The notes beneath the pieces were generated by a model. That model was not told the origin of the DNA. It saw only the letters and a program-made list of their open reading frames with translations, and made no database searches. This document shows positions 19,706 through 30,215 of a stretch of DNA of 64,000 bases, piece by piece; positions within the stretch are counted from its first letter, which is position 1, and the number at the start of each line of letters is the position of its first letter. The position numbers and the translations under genes were made by a program. The DNA lies in assembly GCA_963845535.1 (NCBI GenBank), contig CAWJSK010000002.1, positions 124,160-188,159 on the forward strand, written 5' to 3'. The stretch is from an uncultured Spirochaetota bacterium (GTDB lineage: Bacteria > Spirochaetota > Spirochaetia > SZUA-6 > Fen-1364).

Positions 19706-20584
19706 ATGGGCCTTTCACTCATCTACCACGCCGGCGCCCTCGGAGACTTTGTCACTGCTCTTCCCGCCATGCGGGCGTGGCGGAGGCTGCACCCCGGTGA
19801 CGGCGTGGTTCTTCTGGGCAAGGCTGGGCACGCTGAGCTTGCCCCGCCCGGACTTTTCGATGAGGCGTGGGAGGCCGGCTCGTCCCTCTTCACCCCGCTT
19901 TTCGGCAGAGAAGCGGATGTCCCGCCTCTTCTCACCGCGCGCTTTCGGCGATTCAGCTCGGCATTGCTCTTTTCATCCGCAGTATCCGCCCTTCCCGAGA
20001 ATCTTGCGCGGCTCGGGGTGCGGGAGATCGTTTGGCAGCACCCGTTCCCGGCAGAACGAGTGCCGATCGTCGATTATCACCTCTCCCTCTTCCCTTCTCT
20101 CGCCTTCACCGAAGAAGACGCTCGACCGCAGGTACGGTGCGCGCGCGGCGCACTGCCGGTACCCGCCAACGCCGTTGCGTTGCATCCCGGCAGCGGCGAC
20201 AAAAAGAAGAACTGGCCGTTTGCAAAGTTTCAGGACCTTGCGGGAGGGTTGGAGGCGACTGGTCTTGTTGTTCGATGGGTCCTTGGACCCGCGGAGAAGG
20301 ACCTGGCGCTGCCATATTCCGGACAGGCGTGGCGAAATGTTTCCTTGAGTGATCTTGCGGGAGCGTTGACGGAATGTCGGCTGTTCGTGGGCAATGACTC
20401 AGGCGTTGCTCACCTGGCGGCGGCGGTCGGATGCCCCACCGTGGCGCTGTTTGGCGCCTCTGATGCCGCCGTTTGGGCACCACGCGGACGGGCTGTGCGC
20501 CTTGTTCAGGCACCCCGAGGTATTCTTGAGACTCTTTCAGGGGAGATAGTTCTTTCGGAGTGTCTTGGCTTCCTGCGGCGCTAA
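19706..20584 (+). CDS. Glycosyltransferase family 9 (heptosyltransferase-like)
   Basis: GALGD, HPGSG..KKNWP, FVGNDSGVAHLAAAVG.PTVALFG, WAP. Confidence 0.9.
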   Translation: MGLSLIYHAGALGDFVTALPAMRAWRRLHPGDGVVLLGKAGHAELAPPGLFDEAWEAGSSLFTPLFGREADVPPLLTARFRRFSSALLFSSAVSALPENLARLGVREIVWQHPFPAERVPIVDYHLSLFPSLAFTEEDARPQVRCARGALPVPANAVALHPGSGDKKKNWPFAKFQDLAGGLEATGLVVRWVLGPAEKDLALPYSGQAWRNVSLSDLAGALTECRLFVGNDSGVAHLAAAVGCPTVALFGASDAAVWAPRGRAVRLVQAPRGILETLSGEIVLSECLGFLRR

Positions 20585-20599
20585 AACATTTTGGACGCC

Positions 20600-20632
20600 G
20601 CGCGAGAGAATGACCGTGTCACTCCCTCGCGC
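20600..20632 (-). terminator. Stem-loop downstream of the microprotein gene
   Basis: 15-bp stem GCGCGAGGGAGTGAC-acg-GTCATTCTCTCGCGC, fully paired (with G-U) only on the minus strand; no adjacent U tract. Confidence 0.55.
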
Positions 20633-20642
20633 AGTGAAGACC

Positions 20643-20750
20643 TTACCTCTTGCGAGCAGTCTTCTTGGCTGCCTTCTTTTTCGCTGTCTTCTTGGCAGGC
20701 TTCTTCGCAGCCTTCTTGGAGGTCTTCTTCGCCGTCTTCTTTACAGGCAT
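20643..20750 (-). CDS. 35-aa histone H1-like Lys/Ala-rich microprotein (MPVKKTAKKTSKKAAKKPAKKTAKKKAAKKTARKR)
   Basis: Manual translation ATG 20750 to TAA 20643; GAAAGGGG RBS, own promoter and downstream hairpin. Confidence 0.8.
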   Translation of the reverse strand: MPVKKTAKKTSKKAAKKPAKKTAKKKAAKKTARKR

Positions 20751-20788
20751 GTTCGCCCCTTTCATCCCATGAGATAAACTTAGCTCCA

Positions 20789-20817
20789 AGCATATAGCAT
20801 GATGCCTGCGTTGTCAA
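20789..20817 (-). promoter_or_regulatory. sigma70 promoter for the microprotein
   Basis: TTGACA-17 bp-TATGCT. Confidence 0.7.
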
Positions 20818-20935
20818 GGATTTCTCCGTGCGGGAGAGGGGAAGTTTCAGGGAGTCACGGGGTCGTTCGACACGTCGTTCGGACCATCGGCTATGATACA
20901 AACACGTGTTCGACGGTAATCTTCGTATCGTCCCG

Positions 20936-23525
<2,590 letters not shown>

Positions 23526-23535
23526 TGCCGGGACT

Positions 23536-25035
23536 CTAGAACGTCTTCTTGAAAGCGGCCATCGCGGCGTTCAGCACTTCCGGTTCGGAAAGTGTGCCGA
23601 GGTTCCTGATGCCGGCCAGTATTTCCGGCTGCTTGCTCCGAAGCCATGCCAGAAACTTCTGCTCGAACTCCTTCACGCGTCCCACGGGAATGTCGTCAAG
23701 GAACCCTCGCGTCGCCGCGAACAGCACCATGACCTGCTCCTCCACCGGCATGGGGGAGTACTGCTGCTGCTTGAGCGCTTCCACCAGGCGGGCGCCGCGG
23801 GCAAGCTGCGCCTGCGTGGCCTTGTCCAGCTCCGTGCCCATCTGGGAGAACGCTTCCAGCTCCCGGTAGGCTGCAAGGTCAATGCGGAGGGAGCCGGCCA
23901 CCTGTTTCATGGCCTTGATCTGCGCGTTTCCTCCGACTCGTGACACCGACAACCCCACGTCGATGGCCGGCCTGATGCCGGCGTTGTACAGATCCGTGCG
24001 CAGGTAGATCTGGCCGTCGGTGATCGATATGACGTTCGTCGGGATGTAGGCGGAGACCTCGCCCTCCTGCGTCTCGATGAGCGGGATGGCGGTGAGCGAG
24101 CCTCCTCCGAGGTCGTCGGAGATACGCGCGGCGCGCTCCAGGAGGCGCGAGTGGAGATAGAATACGTCCCCCGGGTACGCTTCGCGTCCGGGCGGCCTGC
24201 GCAGGAGCAGCGAGAGCTGGCGGTACGCGTTGGCCTGGCGCGAGAGGTCGTCGTACACCACGAGCGTGTCCTTGTGCTCTTCGTACATGAAATACTCGGC
24301 CATCGCGCAGCCCGCGTACGGCGCGATGTACTGGAGGGAGGCAGGCTCGGCCGCCGTGGCGGCCACGACTATGGTGTGCTGCATGGCGCCGTGCTCTTTC
24401 AAGGCTTCCACGATGCCCGCCACCATGGACGCCTTCTGCCCGATGGCGACGTACACGCAGATCACGTCCTTGCCCTTCTGGTTCATGATGGCGTCGATGG
24501 CGATGGCTTCCTTGCCGGCGCCGCGGTCCCCGATGAGCAGCTCGCGCTGCCCCCTGCCAATGGGCACCATGGCGTCGATGGCTTTCACGCCCGTCTGCAG
24601 CGGCTCCTTCACGGACTGGCGGTCGCGGATGCCGGGCGCCTTGAACTCCACGGGCCTGCGCCGCGCGCTCGTGATTTCTCCCGCGTCGTCAATGGGAGCT
24701 CCCAGAGGGTTGACCACCCTCCCCACAAGCTCATGTCCCACGGGGACCTCAAGCACGCGTCCCGTTCTCTTGACCTTTCCCCCTTCGTGCAGGTCCAGGT
24801 AATCCCCCAGGATGACCGCCCCAACGGAGTCTTCCTCGAGGTTCAGGGCGAGCCCGAACTCGCCGTTCTCGAACTCGAGCATCTCCATCGCCATTGCGCC
24901 GCGCATGCCGTAGATGCGCGCAATGCCGTCCCCCAGCTCGACAATGGTGCCCACTTCGTCCACCGCGATGTTGCGGGAATAGCTGCGGATCTCCTCGCGG
25001 ATCCGAGTGGATATCTCTTCAAGATTGATTCGCAT
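23536..25035 (-). CDS. atpA: F1 alpha subunit
   Basis: [51 protein letters not shown]; atypical P-loop GDRGAGKE. Confidence 0.97.
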   Translation of the reverse strand: MRINLEEISTRIREEIRSYSRNIAVDEVGTIVELGDGIARIYGMRGAMAMEMLEFENGEFGLALNLEEDSVGAVILGDYLDLHEGGKVKRTGRVLEVPVGHELVGRVVNPLGAPIDDAGEITSARRRPVEFKAPGIRDRQSVKEPLQTGVKAIDAMVPIGRGQRELLIGDRGAGKEAIAIDAIMNQKGKDVICVYVAIGQKASMVAGIVEALKEHGAMQHTIVVAATAAEPASLQYIAPYAGCAMAEYFMYEEHKDTLVVYDDLSRQANAYRQLSLLLRRPPGREAYPGDVFYLHSRLLERAARISDDLGGGSLTAIPLIETQEGEVSAYIPTNVISITDGQIYLRTDLYNAGIRPAIDVGLSVSRVGGNAQIKAMKQVAGSLRIDLAAYRELEAFSQMGTELDKATQAQLARGARLVEALKQQQYSPMPVEEQVMVLFAATRGFLDDIPVGRVKEFEQKFLAWLRSKQPEILAGIRNLGTLSEPEVLNAAMAAFKKTF

Positions 25036-25044
25036 TTTTCGCTC

Positions 25045-25590
25045 CTAGTGCGTGCCATCCCGCGTCAGCCTGCCGTGCAGGTCCCTGAGCTGGCCTTCCG
25101 CCGTGAACTCCATCTCCTGGCCTTCGCTGAGCGCCAGCACCCCGCCGATGAGCGAAGAACGGACCTCCGTCTTCAGCTCCACGGTGCCCCCGTACCGGCC
25201 TTCCAGCGCTGAGCGTATGCGCCTTTTCTCCTCATCCCCGAGGGCGAACGCGGAGATGACCGTGGCGCGGCGCACGCCGCGCGCGATGCGCGACAACCGC
25301 TCGTACTCGTCATCGATCTCACCGAGCAGGCGGGCTCGGCCGCGCTCCGCCACAAGCAGCAGCAGCGTGAGCACGCGCGGGTCCACCTTTCCCTCGAAGG
25401 CGCTGAGGATCAGCTTGCGCTTGGGAGCGCGGCCCACGACACGGGAGGCAAGGAAGTCCCGCGCCTCCTTGTCTTCGTACAGCGCCTCACGCGCGGCGCG
25501 CAGGTCGGCTTCGACCTGAGGGATTGATGAGTCCTCCACGGCAAGCTCGAAGAGCGCCCGTGCATAGTTGCGGGCAACGCCGCTGGTCAC
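25045..25590 (-). CDS. atpH: F1 delta subunit
   Basis: VARNYARALF, SLIGG; operon position. Confidence 0.92.
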   Translation of the reverse strand: MTSGVARNYARALFELAVEDSSIPQVEADLRAAREALYEDKEARDFLASRVVGRAPKRKLILSAFEGKVDPRVLTLLLLVAERGRARLLGEIDDEYERLSRIARGVRRATVISAFALGDEEKRRIRSALEGRYGGTVELKTEVRSSLIGGVLALSEGQEMEFTAEGQLRDLHGRLTRDGTH

Positions 25591-26114
25591 GGCGACTGCC
25601 CGCCGGTCGGGTTCCCGCCGGTCTTCCCGCCGATCAGGCGGTCGGCGAACTCTTCGACAAAGGTCCGGTTGTCCCGGGTCCCGGTCTCTCGTTTCAGGAC
25701 TGCGTCCGCGATGGCGAAGGACATCTCGACAATCTGACTGCGGATCCCCATCTCCGCCGTCTCACGGGCCTTCTCGATCTCCTGGGCGGCCTTTGTCTTC
25801 TGCTCACGCACCTCGGTCCAGGACTTCTCCAGCATCTCCTCCCGCATGCGGGCAGCCTCGGTGCGCGCCTCTTCGATGAGCTGCGCCGCTTCCACCTTCC
25901 CGCGCTTGATGGTATCGTCATATTCGGCCAGCACCACGGAGGCCTTTTCCTGGGCCAGGCGCCCGGCCTCGAGATCCGACGCGATCTTCTGCGACCTCTT
26001 GTCCAGGGCCCCGGTGATCCGGTCCCACGCGGTGAAGCGCAGGATCAGGAGGATGATGCCGAAGGTGATCCATAGCCAGAGGACGAGGCCGGGATCAACT
26101 CGCAAGAGAGCCAT
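25587..26114 (-). CDS. atpF: Fo b subunit
   Basis: DPGLVLW...TF, AW..I..ALDKR, then coiled coil. Confidence 0.92.
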   Translation of the reverse strand: MALLRVDPGLVLWLWITFGIILLILRFTAWDRITGALDKRSQKIASDLEAGRLAQEKASVVLAEYDDTIKRGKVEAAQLIEEARTEAARMREEMLEKSWTEVREQKTKAAQEIEKARETAEMGIRSQIVEMSFAIADAVLKRETGTRDNRTFVEEFADRLIGGKTGGNPTGGQSP

Positions 26115-26126
26115 TGCGGACCTCTC

Positions 26127-26378
26127 CTACATGACGATGGCGAGGATGCAGATCACCAGCGCGATGATGCCGACCCCCTCCACGAGGACCGCGGCAAGCA
26201 GCATGTTGGTCTGGATCTTCCCGGAGGCTTCCGGTTGGCGGGAGATGCCCTCCGCCGCTGCGGCGCCTATGCGGCCAAGGCCCAGCCCCACGCCAAGAAC
26301 GGCAAGGCCTGCGCCGATGGTGGCGCCGATGAATGCCCCAAACTTCATGATTGCGGGGGCGAGTGTTGAGAGGTCCAT
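26127..26378 (-). CDS. atpE: Fo c subunit, probably H+-coupled
   Basis: GVGLGLG, RQPE loop, conserved Glu in VEG with no Q...E(S/T) Na+ signature; AAGGAG RBS. Confidence 0.95.
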   Translation of the reverse strand: MDLSTLAPAIMKFGAFIGATIGAGLAVLGVGLGLGRIGAAAAEGISRQPEASGKIQTNMLLAAVLVEGVGIIALVICILAIVM

Positions 26379-26401
26379 TGTCTGTCTCCTTTCGAATGTG
26401 T

Positions 26402-27331
26402 TCAGTGCGCGCGCTGCGCAATCCCGATGAACAGCGCGGAGAGGAACGAGAATATGTAGGCCTGGAGCACCGCGACAAAAAGCTCCAGCGACATGATGGC
26501 GAGATCCACGATCACCGCGATGGGACCCACCGCGAGGGACTGGAACTTCAGGATGAGAAGCAGGATGAGGAGGAGCGCCACGTGACCGCCGATCATGTTC
26601 GCGAAAAGCCTCATGATGAGCGCGAGCGTCTTGGAGAGGATGCCCACGAACTCCAGCAGCAGCGTGAAGGGAAGCATCCAGCCGGGCGTTCCCTCGGGAG
26701 CGAGCCTCCGCCAATAGCCGAAGGCGCCCTTCGCGCGCATCCCCGATACATTGAAGACGACGAACGTGATGAGCCCCAGGCCCAGCGTCGTGGCGAGGTT
26801 GCCCGTGACCGCGCCTCCCAGCCATACCGCTTCGCTTTCTCCCGGCGGCTTGATGGGGGCGAAGGGCGGGATCATCCCCACGAGGTTGCCGTAGAGGATG
26901 AACAGGAACAGCGTGAAGCACAGGAGGTGAAACCGCCGGCCCTCGGGACCCAGCACGGGCTCGTAGACCTGCTCTCGCATGTACTGCAGCAGGGCCTCGA
27001 AGAGGCTCTGGAGGCGGGTCGGGGTTCGGAACGGGTTTTTCAGCTTGTGGGCGAGATAGAACATGGAGGCAAGGACGAGCAGCCCCACAAGAGTCATGAG
27101 GATGAAATGCTTCGTGATGGAAATCGTGAGCGTGAAGGTGCCAATGGTGAACAGCGGGATCCGGGCAAACGGATGCTCGAAGCTGTCCGTGATCTCGGTG
27201 AACAGGACCTTGGAGAGGTTGAACGGCTGTTGCGCTGGCGCGGCCGCATGCGCTGCGGCACACGGGAGCACGGAAAGCGCAAGACAGGCCAAGGCCGCGC
27301 GCGCTCCGCGGCCGCTCAAAAGGCTCCGAAT
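26402..27331 (-). CDS. atpB: Fo a subunit with signal-peptide-like N-terminal extension; start uncertain (ATT 27331 or ATG 27391)
   Basis: N..GMIP, AVTGN, RLFANMIGGH, LELFVAVLQAYIF..L. Confidence 0.93.
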   Translation of the reverse strand: MRSLLSGRGARAALACLALSVLPCAAAHAAAPAQQPFNLSKVLFTEITDSFEHPFARIPLFTIGTFTLTISITKHFILMTLVGLLVLASMFYLAHKLKNPFRTPTRLQSLFEALLQYMREQVYEPVLGPEGRRFHLLCFTLFLFILYGNLVGMIPPFAPIKPPGESEAVWLGGAVTGNLATTLGLGLITFVVFNVSGMRAKGAFGYWRRLAPEGTPGWMLPFTLLLEFVGILSKTLALIMRLFANMIGGHVALLLILLLILKFQSLAVGPIAVIVDLAIMSLELFVAVLQAYIFSFLSALFIGIAQRAH

Positions 27332-27572
27332 ACGTCCCTCCTGAATGTGATATCTCCGCTTCCCGTCCGGCGCGGCCTGCCTGCGGAGCATACCACGGCG
27401 GAAAACAGGAAAGCGGGGCTTCTCAATTCATGAATCGGGATTTTCTGCACCCGAATGTAGCATATTTTCAGGGATCTGTCCACGGAACGGCGGCGCGTTT
27501 CGGGCGCGTTTCTTTCCCCACAACGAAGGAATTCAGTACCTTTCATTCGTAGGAAAAGAGGAGGCTCGAGCG

Positions 27573-29075
27573 TTGCAACTGCCACGGACCCTTGGAGAAC
27601 TGAAAAAATCAGGATACAAACCGAAAAGCGTCAAGGAGGAAATGCGGGCCAACGTCGTGCGCATGCTGCGCGCGAAAGAGGACCTCTTCCCCGGCATCAT
27701 CGGCTACGAATCAACGGTGATCCCGGGGCTTGTGAACGCCCTCCTGTCCCATCATGACTTCATCCTGCTCGGACTGCGCGGCCAGGCCAAGACGCGGATC
27801 CTGCGCAGCCTCGTGAGGCTGCTGGATGAGCAGGTCCCCGTTATCGCGGGGACGGAGATCAACGATGATCCGTTCAACCCGGTGAGCAGAAAGGGCAGGG
27901 AGACCATCGCGGCAAAAGGGGATGAGGCTCCCATCGAGTGGATCAGCCGTGAGGAGCGCTACCGCGAAAAGCTCGCCACCCCGGACGTCACAATCGCCGA
28001 CCTGATTGGAGACATTGACCCCATCAAGGCCGCCACCCGCAAGCTCACGTATGCGGACGAGGAGGTCATCCACTTCGGGATCATCCCGAGGACCAACCGG
28101 GGGATATTCGCAATCAACGAGCTTCCCGACCTTCCGCCCCGGATCCAGGTCGGTCTGTTGAATATTATGGAAGAAAAGGACATCCAGATCAGGGGTTTCC
28201 CCATCCGGATGAAGCTCGACATTGTGATGGTCTATTCGGCCAACCCCGAGGACTACACCAACAGGGGCAACATCATCACGCCGCTGAAGGACCGGATCGA
28301 CTCTCAGATCATCACCCACTACCCGCAGGACAGGCAGGCGGCCATGCGGATCACCGCGCAAGAGGCGTGGACCGCCCGGGATTGCGGAATCGAGCTCGTC
28401 ATGCCGGACTGGTTCCGCGAGCTGGTGGAGGAAGTGGCATTTGCCGCGCGCGCCAGCGAGTTCGTGAACCAGGCATCCGGAGTTTCGGCCCGCATGAGCA
28501 TTTCGCTCCTCGAGAACGTGTTGAGCAACATGGAGCGCCGCGCAATCCTGCACGGCGAGAAGCGCGTCTATCCGCGCATCGGGGACCTGCACGCGGCCGT
28601 GACGGCCATCACGGGCAAGGTGGAGCTGGTCTATGAAGGCGAGCAGCAGGGCGCGGCCATCGTGGCGCGCAAGATCATCGGAGAGGCGGTGAAGGAGACC
28701 TTCCACCGCAGGTTCCCCGACCCCACGCCGAAGAAGAAAAAGAAAGACGGGTCGGAAGAACAGCCCATGCGCACGGAATCATCTCCGTTCCACGCCGTCC
28801 TGAGCTGGTTCTCCAAGGGGAACACCGTGGAGACTTCCGATGAGATGCCCTTCGACGAGTACATGAAGCGGCTGGAGAAGGTGCAGGGGCTCAAGGAGCT
28901 TGCCGCGCATCATCTCGATCTCAAGGAAGGGGACGGCATCGGCCTGGGGATGGAGTTCGTCCTCGAGGGTCTGCACCAGCACTCGATGGTCTCCAAGCGG
29001 GAGGAAGGCGTGAAGGTCGCCTACCGCGACATGCTCAAGGCTATGTTCGATCACATGGCGCAGAGCGAGGACTAG
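27573..29075 (+). CDS. AAA+ ATPase, Mg-chelatase/MoxR-like
   Basis: GLRGQAKT Walker A variant, DLIGDIDP, FAINE Walker B variant, ANPEDY, PLKDR. Confidence 0.88.
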   Translation: MQLPRTLGELKKSGYKPKSVKEEMRANVVRMLRAKEDLFPGIIGYESTVIPGLVNALLSHHDFILLGLRGQAKTRILRSLVRLLDEQVPVIAGTEINDDPFNPVSRKGRETIAAKGDEAPIEWISREERYREKLATPDVTIADLIGDIDPIKAATRKLTYADEEVIHFGIIPRTNRGIFAINELPDLPPRIQVGLLNIMEEKDIQIRGFPIRMKLDIVMVYSANPEDYTNRGNIITPLKDRIDSQIITHYPQDRQAAMRITAQEAWTARDCGIELVMPDWFRELVEEVAFAARASEFVNQASGVSARMSISLLENVLSNMERRAILHGEKRVYPRIGDLHAAVTAITGKVELVYEGEQQGAAIVARKIIGEAVKETFHRRFPDPTPKKKKKDGSEEQPMRTESSPFHAVLSWFSKGNTVETSDEMPFDEYMKRLEKVQGLKELAAHHLDLKEGDGIGLGMEFVLEGLHQHSMVSKREEGVKVAYRDMLKAMFDHMAQSED

Positions 29076-29103
29076 GGACCAGGGCCAAGGAAAGAAGCAA
29101 AGG

Positions 29104-30195
29104 ATGCTTTGGGAATATTCCGAGTGGGACCAGACCCTCCAGGACCTGCTGAAAAGCTTCCAGGACCTGATGAGTCTCTTCAACTACCTGCTCCTCATGG
29201 CGGGCGGGGACGTGGACAAGGTGTTCAAGTGGATGGAATACCTCCAGGAGAGGGGAAGCATCGATCCCGACGTGGACCTGGAGGAGTTCCGCCGCAAGCT
29301 CGAGGAGAACCGGATCGTGGAGAGGCTGAAGGAGGGCGGGTACAGCCTGACCGCGAAAGGCGAGCAGATCATCCGCAAGGACTCGTTGAACCAGATATTC
29401 TCCAACCTGCAGAAGTCCGGTTTCGGGCAGCACCGCATACCGTCCACCGGAAGCGGAGAGGAGAGGCTCACGGAGACACGGGCGTGGCGATTCGGGGACC
29501 CTGTCACGCAGATCGACGCGCTGGGGACCATCTCCAACGCGGTCAAGCGCGGCGGCGTGGATGAGATTTCCCTCGCGGAGGAGGACCTGGAGGTCTATGA
29601 GACGGAGCACCTCTCCTCCTGCGCAACGATGCTCCTCATCGACATCAGCCACAGCATGATCCTCTACGGAGAGGACAGGATCACGCCTGCCAAGCAAGTG
29701 GCCCTCGCGCTGACGGAGCTGATCCTGACCCGCTACCCCAAGGACACGCTGCGCGTGGGGACGTTCGGGGATGAGGCGCGCGAGATCGCAATCAGCGACA
29801 TCCCGTATCTGCAGGTGGGCCCCTTCCACACCAACACGCGCGCCGGCCTGGAGATGGCGCAGACCATCCTGGAGGGAACGCGCCAGACCAACAGGCAGAT
29901 CTTCATGGTGACGGACGGCAAGCCCACGGCCATCACGGAGAACGGAGAGGTCTACAAGAACCCCTACGGCTTCGACCCGAAGATCCTGGCTCAGACCCTG
30001 GAGGCGGCAGCGGAATGCAAGAAGGCCGGCATAACCATCACCACGTTCATGCTGGCCACCGACCCCGAGCTCGTGAACTTCGTGGACGAGATGACCAAGC
30101 TCAACAGGGGGCGGGCCTACTTCGCTTCCGCGGACAAGCTGGGGGAGTTCCTGTTCGCGGACTACATCCGCAACAAGCGCAGGATGCTCCACTAG
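29104..30195 (+). CDS. VWA-domain protein
   Basis: MIDAS DISHS, TNT, TDGKPT; follows the AAA+ gene. Confidence 0.88.
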   Translation: MLWEYSEWDQTLQDLLKSFQDLMSLFNYLLLMAGGDVDKVFKWMEYLQERGSIDPDVDLEEFRRKLEENRIVERLKEGGYSLTAKGEQIIRKDSLNQIFSNLQKSGFGQHRIPSTGSGEERLTETRAWRFGDPVTQIDALGTISNAVKRGGVDEISLAEEDLEVYETEHLSSCATMLLIDISHSMILYGEDRITPAKQVALALTELILTRYPKDTLRVGTFGDEAREIAISDIPYLQVGPFHTNTRAGLEMAQTILEGTRQTNRQIFMVTDGKPTAITENGEVYKNPYGFDPKILAQTLEAAAECKKAGITITTFMLATDPELVNFVDEMTKLNRGRAYFASADKLGEFLFADYIRNKRRMLH

Positions 30196-30215
30196 CACGG
30201 CCGAAGGCCGTGCTA
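30193..30215. terminator. Perfect hairpin between convergent genes
   Basis: TAGCACGGCC-gaa-GGCCGTGCTA; the ends are the two TAG stop codons. Confidence 0.6.

Noticed and set aside
20899..20912. CAAAC-ACGT-GTTCG resembling a Gram-positive LexA box
   Set aside because: One mismatch, no SOS gene directly downstream, and the host's LexA motif is unknown.
26127..26378. Na+-translocating or N-type ATPase
   Set aside because: No Na+ ligand signature in subunit c, and gene order is standard F-type with a separate delta.
26127..27263. 378-aa ORF suggesting an extended or fused c subunit
   Set aside because: The upstream part overlaps atpB out of frame; atpE has its own RBS and ATG at 26378.
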